DNA of 64,000 nucleotides from NCBI GenBank assembly GCA_000708835.1, contig DF236967.1:62001-126000 (forward strand). The letters run 5' to 3'. Below are positions 39,743 to 51,600 of the stretch, in pieces (the stretch's first letter is position 1; each line of letters opens with the position of its first letter). A program made the position numbers and the translations under genes. This DNA comes from Klebsormidium nitens (lineage: Eukaryota > Plantae > Klebsormidiophyceae). The notes beneath the pieces were generated by a model. That model did no database searches. It had not been told where the DNA came from and was given only the letters and a program-made list of their open reading frames with translations.

Positions 39743-42703
39743 ATGGCTGAGAACGGCAAGTTCCTCTGCTACGCTCCGAACCACAAGATCACGAAATGGA
39801 TCCCCGTGCGCAACAACACGGACAAGGTAGTGCAAGAGAAGCTAGACTCTGTGGTTTTTGGGGAGCCGGACCCAGATGCTGCTCCAGCGGCCCCAACGGC
39901 CGTTGAATCACCCGGGGTCAAAAGACGATCAAGCTTTGACATGAGAAGTGCAAGCGAGGAGGAACGGAAGACAAAGAATCAGCAGCACTCGGTTGGGGTT
40001 GCTTCTTGGACCTTGCCGGGGGGGGGCATAGCAGTAGACAGAAAGTCAGGGCCGCTGCCCCACGCACCAGGGCTCGTGCTAGTCAGACCAGTCATCTTCT
40101 CAACTAAAGATGTAAGCTTCTATGGCAGATCTCTCGTCTCTTTTCTGGCTGCACCATCAATGCTCACAACAATCCAGATTGCATTCATGATCCTTCATGG
40201 ACTTTATGTCCCGGTAGCCCCTTGCAATGGCCTGTGAAAGGAAGACAAAAGGGGCCAGATTAAGGGAGCAGACTGCCCTGGCCTGTGAATGATATGTTTG
40301 GGCATACAGGCATAACACTGACATTCTTTGCTGTAAGAATTAATTGGTAGTCTGATCACAATCAGTTGTTCACGTCCTAGACTCAAGAGACCAAGGAACA
40401 AAGGAGAATGAGGACCTTGATTGGGATTGAGCCACTGTCTCAGCTGGAAATGCATGCTGAAAGCAACTTTCGCATATCTGAGGATGTCCAATCGACCAAC
40501 TCAAACGGAGTGTTTTCTGCTTCTGAGCAATTCCTGCTTGAACCCTCACTGAAGTGTTGTCAACAGTGCCATGTCCAGGCACGTCTTAAGGAGGCTGCCT
40601 CTGCTGACAAGCAGCACAATCTTCTCCGCTGTCTCTGCAAGGGTTTCTTATCAGTTGCATTGTAAGATGTCTTTGGATGGGCTGATATGCACACAAGTTC
40701 CATCAACTTGTCAATGAATGTTAAACTGTGAAAATTGGTGCCATACATAGACGAGCTTGAGCCACGGAATAGTCTGCCCACATGGACAATTAGCAACCTT
40801 CACATCTGTGTGATGGCCCACAAAAGTAACGATGAGGCAAATGACTTTCAGCGAAGCTGCGAGGTTCTTCTTACTGCACCTGCTCAGATCCATACAAGCC
40901 TTCCGACGCAAGCAAGCATAGTCACAAGCCTGACTCAAAAGTCGCTCTTCCATGCTGCAGACTATGATCGCCTTCAACGGCTACCTTTCCAACGCAACTG
41001 AGCTCATCGGCACATTCACCACCTCAAGAACTGTGTACGAGACCAAACTTGGCGGCCTCATCCGGCGCGAGGCGGTGGTCCCCCCGGCCTGGTAAGCAAC
41101 ATGGTCAAGAAAGGGCAAGTCTAGTTGTTCCATCTCACAAGTGCTAAACGAATATGCCCAGGTTATCTGTATGTATGGGCCCTTCTGACTGCCATACCCC
41201 GCCCCTGTGTCCACTTCCAATCATATGAGAAGGACAGCCTCCTCTTGAGGGCTTCCAGGAGCAGAGCTCATCGAGTGCAGTAGCAGCAATGAATCAGCAA
41301 CTTTCGATCCGTTTTCTGCACCGGCAAAGAGCTGAAGAGACACCCAATAACAAAAGGCCACTTCAGTGTTAGCAGAAACGCTAAACCAGAGAATGATTCG
41401 CCCGTGGTCTGGACCTCTGCAGGTGCATAAGAATCGAAAATATCCTCTTCTAGCCAGTGGCCTTTCCACTCGTTCAAATCGGTCTTTTTGGTAACCGGAA
41501 CAAAGTCTTCTAACTGAGCTGCAGACCTTACTGGTGAAGACTCGACAGATGGTGAAATACTGTTCCACAGATCCGTCGCTAGTCATTGCTTATCTTCAAG
41601 GGCAAGCAGCAGATTTCACAGTCAGAGCATCCCTCGTCATGTCTAGCTCCCTTTCTCCTCTGTTCAGAAGAAAAGCTCCGTTCGTTCTTTAAATTTCAGC
41701 ACTGTTGCCCTTGCATTTCGTCTCATCCCCACCTGCCAATCCAGAGAGCCGAACCAGGCCGCTTCGTGTCCTTCTTCGAGCGTCCATGATTACCCCTACT
41801 CCGAGAAGATTCCTCGCTTCGACCTCCCTATTTCCTCTTAGCTCTTTGCGCGTGCCAGATTCTTTCGCTTCCCCAAAGCTTCAATCACGATTTACACCAA
41901 TCTTCACTCATCCAACTTCCAAACCCTTAAGGGCAGAACGCACATGGTCGTCGATTCCAGTCGTCTCCCTGAGTATGCGGTAAGATTCGAAAATGCTCGT
42001 ATACAATCAAAATACCCCCCCAAAGAATAGAATTCCTTTCTCCCCCCAGGAAACTCTGCGGCAACAAGGACACGCTGGAGGCGGAGGTGGTGCTCCGCAT
42101 GTACGAGCACCTGGGCGCCGAGAAGGCCCTCCCGCTGCTGCGCGGCCGCTTCGCCTTCGCGCTCTACGACTCCAGCAAGAACCGCGTCTTCGCCGCGCGG
42201 GATCCCTCCGGCCACTGCTCGCTCTTCGAGGCGGAAGACGAAGACGGCGGCCTGCTGATTTCGTCCTCCGAGGGGGTCACCGTCCCCGGGTGTTTTGACT
42301 GGGATGAGATCCCCCCGGGGCACTTCGTGCTGGGCCGCCGGCGGGGGCTGCAGGTAAGGCTACAAGTTAGGTAAAGTAAGCTTCAGGGAAAGTAGGCTAA
42401 CCAGCCTGAGACCTGTGGGGTTAGTTTGGGGGTTTAGGGTGGGTACGGGTGCGGAGCGGGTAATATTGAGAGTTACTAGATATTCAGTGTTAGGGTAGGA
42501 GCCTAATAAACTTAAAGCTTACTTACCTAAATTGAAAGAAACATCTGCTGCAGCGCTATGCGGAGCCGGACGATCCCGAGTATCTGAAGAAGATGGAGGA
42601 GGCCAAGGCGGCGCGCGAGTTCGAGCAAGAGGCGCAGAACGAGCTGAGCGCGGGCGAGCGGTACAACAAGCTCATGGCGGGGCTGCGCTACCATGACAAG
42701 TGA
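39743..42703 (+). CDS. Wali7/DUF3700 (aluminium-induced, stem-specific TSJT1-like) class-II glutamine-amidotransferase-fold protein, ~317 aa. Exons 39743..40111, 40961..41091, 42050..42353, 42554..42703
   Basis: RPVIFSTKD|TMIAFNGYLSNATEL, EAEVVLRMYEHLG, LRGRFAFALYDSSKNRVFAARDPSG and EIPPGHFV match Ntn amidotransferase/Wali7 motifs. No N-terminal catalytic Cys. Junctions are in phase (GAT|GTAAGC, TG|GTAAG, CAG|GTAAG). Confidence 0.8.
42367..42530. mobile_element. Intronic foldback element, ~164 bp, with ~31-bp imperfect inverted arms and the same 43-bp core as 38727-38769
   Basis: Left arm TTAGGTAAAGTAAGCTTCAGGGAAAGTAGGCT (42367-42398) versus the reverse complement of 42500-42530 TTAGGTAAGTAAGCTTTAAGTTTATTAGGCT. 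Core 42415-42457 matches 38727-38769 at 42/43 positions. Confidence 0.55.
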
Positions 42704-43846
42704 GCCGCAGATGCGGTCTGGGGCACGTGACCTCGGAAGAGCTTCTTTTCGTGAAAGAGAGTTTCGTGATCGGAAAAGTGCAAAGCAGTTTGACCTCGAA
42801 TCCAGGCGATGAGAACGTGCTCGCTGGAGCTCAACGCGCCCGTGCAACAAGGCCGGTCTCGTTAGCTTGGCTGGCGACGTGAATGCTGTTCAAGTGCTTG
42901 GTTCTCTGAAAGCTCTCGCCCCTCGTATTCTCGGACGCCCGTACTGGCACTTCTAAGCATGCGTGTTTGCACGAGTCTGCGAAAATCATAGGTCCTCTGA
43001 GATGATTCCCTCAGGACCGTGTATCGAAGCTTGATTGAAGGCCCGCACGCTCTAAGTATCACCGGTTTTTGCAGGCCGGGCGGTGGCGTCACGCGGAGCG
43101 ACTCGTTCACCCACGTGGGGTCGCCCCCTAAGCCCGGTCGGCCTCCTCATCCGTCGCACCCAAAGGCCAGAGCTGCGGCTGTCGTGGGCCACTAAACGAC
43201 CAAGAAACATGACCTTGTTTAGAGAGAGGAATTTGCACACCTTCAGTTAAGAGCGAAAGCTCACACTTGTGATGCCTTGCAAGGAGGTACAGTAGGTTCG
43301 GAGCATACAATGACGTCGTATCTGGAGTTGTTTGGATTGCAGCGCGATAAAGGCCGGTGCGAGACGGCTGTGTTTGATATTGTAGATGTAGGTGCTCTTG
43401 AATGGCTCGTACCATATGCACTTTTCGGTGGTCGAGGAGAGTTGAGGACTTCAGACTATCTTCCGATTGGACAAGACGCTTGATCAACCTCCTCTGACCT
43501 GGAGGTCAGTGGAAGCGCTGCGGCGGTTAGTACGTTTGGGGCTCCAAACTCCGACCATGCTATACGGGAGCCCAAAGATCATTTGCAAGAGTCGCAGATA
43601 TGATGGCGATCTGAAAGAGTGGATAAGTAAGAAGAATTACATTCTTTAATTTAGGCTGCTGGCCGCGGTGCCTATAAAATGTGTGTGCTCAAAGAACGTG
43701 CAGTTCTGCATGACGATCTCCGTTCATTCCAGTTGCCATTTAGGCATGCCCGGCCCCGGCACTTGAGCAGCGCCAGTCGACCGTGTAGACGCGGGGGCGG
43801 GCCGTGTAAGCTGGCTGCATGATTGTAAGTTTACTCCATCATTCTA

Positions 43847-43893
43847 GCCGGCAGTGCTGGCATGCGTCCCCGCATGTGCCAGCACTGGCCGGC
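43847..43893. repeat. GC-rich 47-nt hairpin in the convergent intergenic region
   Basis: GCCGGCAGTGCTGGCA-TGCG-TCCC-CGCA-TG-TGCCAGCACTGGCCGGC; the arms are reverse-complementary apart from small bulges. Confidence 0.75.
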
Positions 43894-44674
43894 CGTCCCG
43901 GCCCTACCGTTCGACCTCTTTTTGAGGACGTAGCAGTCTCTTTTCAGTATAAAAATAGGGCTGTGATGCAGCGCAGGTCCCGGCGACGCACCGTACGCGA
44001 GTTCTAGAGCTAGCGACACATTAGGTTCGGCGCGGAGCTTGCATAACGGACTTTATTTTCCGACGTACGTACAACTGCAAACACTATCATCATCGTTCGA
44101 GCTCCTAACATGATGATCGCTAGTCCGACGCGAGATTGATACAACCTGTTTGGCCTGAAAGGGCCCGCGGATTGCACATGAACCATGCATGCGGGTTTTT
44201 ATTGAAAGCATCGGTGCATGATCATCACCCGCCGCGCGGTCTAATGAGTCAAACAACCATGCCAATCTGCCATTGCAATAATCAATTACAGCGCGCTAGA
44301 GCTTATATACGCGGATACAAAGAGCTAGAAAGTCTTGGGGTCCATGCGCATGCATGCCCAATTCGCCGCTTATGCACATATGCAGCGCCGCCTGCATGAC
44401 TTAATCAATAAGCTGCCATAAAACATGCCTGGGATCTCCGGTTGTTTGCATGATTTTACTGCCATGAGAACTTCGAAGACTGCATGGTTGAGTGAATCTC
44501 CTCTGGCGGGAATAAATCGAGCTTCTCATTCCCGTGCACCTGGCCCGCGCGCGCTGTCTCTTATTCTATACTGAATGTTTCCTCTCTGTTCAAGAAGTTG
44601 CGAAGCTTGGGCAGTCTCTTTTGACCGCCACAAACGCAAAGTTGCATCGTAATGTACACGTGGCCTGGCCAGCT

Positions 44675-47600
44675 CTAGGGCCGAATATCGTTTGCGGTCG
44701 CTTCACTTGTCTCGCCCTTCTTCCTCTTCACAGCTGCTCTGCTTTTCCCTTGCTTTCTCTCTGTTTTTGTAGCTAAGTCTCTGAAAGCTGATGGACACAA
44801 AGCGCTGATTCGACAGTCTCCACATCGTGGTCTTAGAGGCGTGCAAACCTGCAGCGTCGCGGGAGAATAACTTGACTGCGGATCCACACTGAGTTTCCGT
44901 CTCAAGCTGAGCCCAAGCATTGTCAACGATAATTCACAAAACTGTTGCGTCAAACACAGGGCATCGGATTCCTGTCAAATATCTGGCGGAGGGACGGACA
45001 CCGAATTCCGGCGGGGGTGGTAACCAGTCCAAGTCGCGGGCATTGCAATCAGAGCTCAATACCATCACTGGCTTCTTAGCTTCATGAAAGACGCGCTCGG
45101 GCTCGAGCGTTCACACCAACAGATCGATGTCTGCATCGCGTCAAGAAGCACCATACCTGAAGAAAGAAACTGGGGCGGCGCTAACTGACGGGGAGAGCAG
45201 CCCCGTCGATCTCTGCTTCAGCCGAGCTTCATTGGTCAACTTCTGAAGTCCTCGAAATCCTAAATACTCTTGCCAAACCAAACGACTTGCCTGCTGTCCG
45301 AAGCCCACAAGTAGAAGGCTCGTCTCCGCCCACTGCGCTTTCGGCAGCCACGATTCGATCGCCAGGCGCGTCTGCTCGGGCGTCCGGTCGGGGGACGCCC
45401 ATCCGAGCCGCTCGCAGACGCGACGCACGTGCGTGTCCACGATGAGACCCTCCTCGGGCCTGCGTGCAAGCAGATCACAGTTGTCTTGCACTGGCTACGT
45501 CTGTGGAAGATTCCGGAACCCTTCTGTGACGATCACGACTTGTCCTATGTGGTTCCCAAATATCAGCCGCTTGGATGCGGTCCACAAGTGCCAGCTGATT
45601 ATCATTACTGATGAGAAAAGCTGTTTCAAAAAGCAGTGTGCAAAGTAGCTCGGCAAAACAATCCGGATACACCGTGACGTTGTGCAGACGATTGTAGATG
45701 GGACAATGAAAACACAAAACGAGGCCCTTACGGGACGCTTGAAGAAGCAAAATATTCAGCTTTCACCGATGCTAGCGTCATGCACGTGACGCTTTGAGTT
45801 GCTGACAGAGTTGCTGAATTCAAAGACGAGATAGGGTGACCAGCCTCTCAAGGAGGGCTCACATGTCAAAGGCGACGACCAGAGTCAAATGCGCGACCTT
45901 GGGACCCACCCCCGGAAGCTCCATCTGCACAACGCGCCCGTTATCATTGAACCAATACAGAGGCCCTTTCTTCAAACATTCGCCCTGCCGGTGTGAGCTT
46001 GCCTATAAAACTGCAAACCTGCGGCACGACCACAAAGTGACGAGACTCCGCCACGTCTTGAGCAGTGGGGATAGGCACCGTCCTGATCTGCTCGTAAGTT
46101 CAGTCATAAACATCGCAGAACGGCGCACAAAAACACTTGCAGAATGCGGAACTGAACGGCCTACCAGTTCGTTCACTGTGCTGGGCACGCGGCCGTTGTG
46201 CGGGGCAGCCGCCAGCTTCTGAGCCATGGCTTTCAAGTGTGCGCCTTTCTGCCTAGGGAGAGAAGAACGGGGAATCGAGGCAGGAACCGACATAGAGAGG
46301 AGAACCAGAGTCGTTTCCGGCCTAGTTCCGAGAAAGCGACCTGTTTGCGAAGCAATGCAAGATGGTTCTGACGATGTCAAGCAAGGGCACCAGATTGATC
46401 TCCCCACACGGCAGGGAGAGGGTGATTTCATTCGCAGACCCACCAACGAAGTGATATGAGCACCCCAGGCTTCTCTTCCGCTTTCCCAGATTTCTAGGTT
46501 TCTAGATCGCTTCTTTTCTTCTTTTAGGCCTGCCAGGCAGCACCCCCTTATCTTCAAGCATAACCCTTTCTGAGAAAGGCTCCGACAAACGACTGCTGCA
46601 TGACGAAAAAAAGTAATATATCCACAGAAGCGCACCTGAAGAAGCCCACTGGGTGCAGGGTGCCCTGTAAACTCTCGACGCTCATCTCAGGGCTTGCTAC
46701 ATTGGCAATCGTCAGGCCGCCTGGCAGCGCCCGCAGTCGCAGCATCGCGGCAGCCGTGACTGGGTCTTTGGTCTGAGAGCTTATCATTGCAGCCACCAAT
46801 GCTTGGAACCGTTGGGTTTCGAGGTCTGCTTCTGGGTCAACACACTGCCAAAGGAGAGGGAGGGAGTGAGCGATCTGTTGATGACCTTCTTTTGTCCGGA
46901 GCAAAGCTGGCTGCCTCACATAGGTCAACTTGCCAAGATTGTTACTGTGCAATTTTAAAGTTCAAAGCTTAGCAACTAGCAGCTGGGTCAATCAGGACTG
47001 AATGGTACACAAGAAAGATTGTCCTTTGGGAGGCCGCACAGGGGTGCAACTTGTAAGAAGGGGTTCATGGACAGACGAGCAGTCTGTGGAGGGCACATGG
47101 GGAAAGTGGCTGATGTCCTGAATTGAAAAGCCCCTGCCCAGAACGGCACATGCCAGGATCTTCTTTGTGTTCCAAAGGAGTAGGGCGGGCGGGGGCAAGC
47201 AGTGCCTATTGAGGGAATGACAGTTCAACGACAATGAGCGAAGAGTTGTGAATGTATCTTGAGATTACCTGCCTGGTGCCAAAGAGATCAACAGGGGCAT
47301 CCCTTGCGGTCCGCATCTCCCTGCAAATACACACATTATCTGGTGAATGTCCCATCCAGCATCTATTGAAAAGACGGTGCTTCCAAATCCGTGTGCTGGC
47401 CTCACACGCTGTTCAAGTTCGTACATGGTTTCGCACCACCTAGGAGCAGATCCAACAAAATGCTACCCCAACTATAACGCTAAGGTGAATCGCTTTCTCA
47501 AGTTCGACGTCACTGCAAGGACTTTCACACAACATTGAAACTTTGCTAAAAGCCATCACAGCACATCAGTGCACACCACTTGCCCTCACCTGATGCCGTC

Positions 47601-48062
47601 GAGCACCTCTTTCCACCTTTCTGGGGCTTGTGCTGTTGCAGTGCCCCACTTAAATGCTCCCCGTCCAGCTTTCCTACCACGTTGGTTCGACTTTGCCCCA
47701 AACTTTCTCTCTGGAGAATCGTCAACGCCTGTAGCGCCTAGCACTTCCCCAGTGCATTCTGCAGAAGTATTGGCTCCCTGAAGCGGAGGCATTGCACCAA
47801 AACCTCCATCTGAGATTATTGAAACTCCACTGTTTCCAGCATTCGAAGCAAGGACGGCTAGCTCCTCTATGTCTGCTTCATCGCCATCAAGAAGGCCCAC
47901 CCGACTTTTCTTCCGAGCAGCTGGGGGAGGGTTCTTTTTGACCCGACGCGACCCTGCAGTGGCAGAAGTGATGAAGCGGAATCGCTCAAGGGCCTCCATG
48001 GCAGCTGTCGCCACGACTGTGCGCAATCCTGGAGGATGATATCTAACCAAATTCTGATTCAT
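44675..48062 (-). CDS. NTH1: Endonuclease III homolog (HhH-GPD DNA glycosylase/AP lyase with 4Fe-4S cluster), ~408 aa (start may be 47999). Exons 47590..48062, 47269..47320, 46636..46844, 46165..46252, 45863..45924, 45291..45459, 44675..44848
   Basis: DAPVD; RFQALVAAMISSQTKD; PVGFFRQK; HhH LPGVGPKVA with catalytic Lys; IVDTHVRRV with catalytic Asp; [25 protein letters not shown] (C-x6-C-x2-C-x5-C). The last intron is GC-AG. Confidence 0.92.
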
Positions 48063-48613
48063 GTGTTGGGCTCCTTGAACACGGGGGATGTGAGCAAGCT
48101 AGCGCTGTTTCAGCTAGGCAGCAGAAGAGCGCGCTGGAAACTAGGAAAGGGTAGCAACTATCCAGCAAAGGACTCGGACTGGACGAGGTCGACAATGGTC
48201 CCACAGTTCAACCGACAAAGGTTCGTATTGGCTTTCACCCTGTACACGTGGCTGCACCGCTCACAGCCTCACACTGCTCCTGACTCCGGCGAGTCCACGG
48301 CTCTCGAGTCTCGCGTGCCCCATCTCTGCTTGCACAAGCAATGCTGCCTCTCTTCAGCTTGAAGTTCAGGCACACACACACACAGTGACACAGTTCAACT
48401 TCAGGGGCAAGACGAAGAACGCAAGATTGATATCCTCCGAGTTCAACGGCAATGTGGGGCACACTGGCCCGTGAGGTCAACTGTCCCGTTATGGTGGCAG
48501 AGCCCGGCGGCGCCACGCTGCTGGCAAGCACCCAGTCTGCATGCAGCCTTTGTATAAAGTGCGCCAGCGGGGACAGATCTTAGGCGCCCAGGGACTGACG
48601 TAGCGCGCAAACC

Positions 48614-51600
48614 ATGGCTGAGGCTCACCTTGTAAAAAGCTGCTCGCTCGGGCAGGCCGCCAGCTGTCACGTAGCCCCTCACATCAAAAACTCGACAGTG
48701 CGGAATGCCCGTTTTTCTCCAAAGATCTCTAGATCTAATGCAGCCCAAGCTGCCGGCTCGCGGCATCATCGCACCCACATACCCCTGCAGACCTCCTCTT
48801 TCACGTCTAGCAGCAATCACATTCTGAACCCTAAAAGCAGATGTAAAGAAACTAGTCCACGACGCAGCGGTCGGAGGGGCGCTCGATGTGCCCTCGAGTT
48901 GCTAGATTCGCTTCACGAGATCGGGACGCATGTCGGGCAGCTTCCGCAGGTGATCGAGGGGCTTGCTTCGGCTGGGACGCTGCCAGGGGTGCCGGCGGAG
49001 TTGCTGCAGACGGGGGCGAACGCGATCCGGGAGTTTCAGGTGGGGAGAGCGCCATGGGGTTTTGTTTGAATGCATTCTTCCAGCTTTGGGACAACTTCTC
49101 TTTATGACCTCCTTGCGTACATGCTCGGAGATTCTCTTAGGCAGGTGCATTTGACTGCTGTGCGAGAAGTAGTGCTTGCGCACCCTGGCGGATCATGAGT
49201 TGCAATGCTGGCAGCATTCGTCCACGCGGGTCTCTCGCACTCGCCACCTTTTCCTGGCTGCTCGTCCCCCGCCTTTTCATAGGCTCCCATCCTGGTCCCG
49301 AGAACGTCGATTAATCAGCCCCATACAGCAGTGCAAAGCAAGACAAACAATTACATGTGCGCCGAACGCAGGCCTAGGCACAACTCCAGCTGTATTCTGT
49401 CTACCCGCCTGGTGAAAGCAGAACTTATTCACTCCCTCCCCCCCTGGTATCGCAGGCCCTCCCCCAGGAACAACAATACAAGCTGGCGGGCGGCGCCGGC
49501 GGGGGCTGGCTCTACCTCACCGCGCGGCCGGGCGTCTTTGCGGGGGCGGTCGACGCCTACCTTTTTGCGCCCCTGCAATTTGCTCTCGATGTCGCGCTAG
49601 GCCGGCGCCGCTACAAGCGCACCGACTTCGTCCTCGGAAACCGGATCGGGGAGGGCAGCTTTGGGACCGTGTACGAGGGGGCGCTCGTCGGCGACAAGAT
49701 TGACACCGACGACGACCTGGGCTCGCGGGGCGTGCGGCTGAACGAACTGGAGAAGGGGAGGTTCAAGAAAGTGGTGTTAAAGAAGGTGAAGATCGGGGTG
49801 GAAGGGGCGGAGGAGTGTGGGGAGATGGAGGAGTGGTTCAACCGGCGGATGCAGCGTTATGCACCCGGAATGTGCGCTGAGTACCTGGGAAGTTTTATCG
49901 CGGACAAGACCAAGGGACAGTTCAGCAAGGGGGGCCGGTGGCTTGTCTGGAACTACCAGGTGAGGCGGACGCTCATTGTGAATCTACTCAATTAAGGGGT
50001 TGGTTTCATTTCCGCTCCCTCTGGTTATAGTTTTAGACGGTGCACAACCTTGCCAAGCTCCTGTGAAGTCGTTGGTGTCACCACTTGTGCTGGTCATACT
50101 TCATTTCTGCTGAGATTGTCTCGCCAGGGATGCTAAAAACCGCTCATATCATGGAAACATCAAATTCCTTTGATGGCTCGAACTTTTTTCGAATATAGGC
50201 AATACCCGCGCTGACGGAGATTGCAAATTCTCAAAGTTGCAGCGGACTTTTTAGTTCTCCGGTGTGCCCTTTGAACCGCTCATCTGTTTGCTAGGGGCAG
50301 GCTCCAACCTTGTCCAACCACTGACGTTGCCTGACGTGCGCAGCTCCCTAGCAAGAGTGATCGACAATCCATTATATCTGCATGCTCAAAAATTTCAAGT
50401 ATTCAGATTGCTGAGTGGTTCACAAAGGGAGCTTTCGTTTCCAGTAACGACAGACCTGCCAAGACATCTGCACCATTTGAGGCCCGCAGGATTGGCGGTT
50501 GGACAATTCCGGACCGTGCAATTGGCTTTGGGAAGCGATTGAACGGTCCAAGATCACATAAAGCAGAATTCGAGTTCGCGAGAGGGTTGCAAGTACTACA
50601 CGACAGGTGTAACTCCTCACTTGTTGTTGGTCGCAGTCGGACGCGTCTTTATTAGACTACATGAAGGACCGCGACTTCCCGTACAACTTGGAGCGGCCGC
50701 TGTTCGGCAAGAAGCTGACGAAGTACGACTCGGTGCGGCGCCAGAGCCTCGTCATCAAAAAGGTGGCGCGCCAGATGTTCCTCGGACTGAGAAAGTGAGA
50801 CCGTCTGGCAGCTGCAACACTTTCCTTTTCATGGTCAATAGAGACGTGGCTGGAAGAGACTGCTTGGCTACAAGCGAGCACCCACGAAATTCGAACAGCG
50901 GTCTCTCAGCATTCCGGATACCGGGTTACGAAGCGTTTGGTTGGGTCAAAGCGACAACTGGCTGGGGTGTAATCCCCTGACGGTCAACAGCCCTTCTCGT
51001 CTTCTGTGGTTTTTCAAGTATTCTGGGTAGTCTCTGCCACTAGACCCTGTTCGTCATCCTTCCTCGTTCATGGAACCAATCTCCGACGTCAATGGTCAAC
51101 TTTGCTCCCGCTGGCAATTTCTGAAAACACACTGGTGTGAATGCTGCATAGAAGGCCTCGCATAAGCCATTGCTTCCGTCAGCAAACCGATCGTCTCACC
51201 TCTTTGCCACGCTGAAGCCCAGCCGCTTCATACTACATAGTGAGACTTTAGAGCAACAAGCCCGAATGGAAGTTTACGATTCCCAAGCCGGTCTCGAAAC
51301 TCGGACGAGCTTTGCCTAGCGATTTGAATTCCAATTGAACCTTGTTACGAGCGCACAATGTTGTAACCCTGTCCTCCCCTTGCGTTATCTGGCGGAGCTT
51401 CGCTTCGTCACTTGTAGCAGAGGCCTTTGTGGCAGACCGAATAGCACATGCTCTTGTGAGTCCTGTTCACCGAGTTACCTCACCCCTCCGACCGAGTCCC
51501 CGAAAGGGGCCGGAGTTGGAGCATGCCTTACGGAGAATTGAGGAGTTTCAGAAGCACACAAGCGCTTGCGTCAGAGAACGAGCGAGTTTTCGAACGGCGC

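Noticed and set aside
43277-43483. Peptide AVFDIVDVGALEWLVPYALF faintly resembling a DJ-1/PfpI N-terminus
   Set aside because: Too short, with no downstream DJ-1 motifs or supporting exons; probably chance.
46003-46635. 210-aa minus-strand ORF inside NTH1
   Set aside because: Intron read-through that includes the real 46165-46252 exon; flanking translation is not protein-like.
5709-48062. POLL and NTH1 as a base-excision-repair gene cluster
   Set aside because: About 33 kb apart with five unrelated genes between; consistent with chance.
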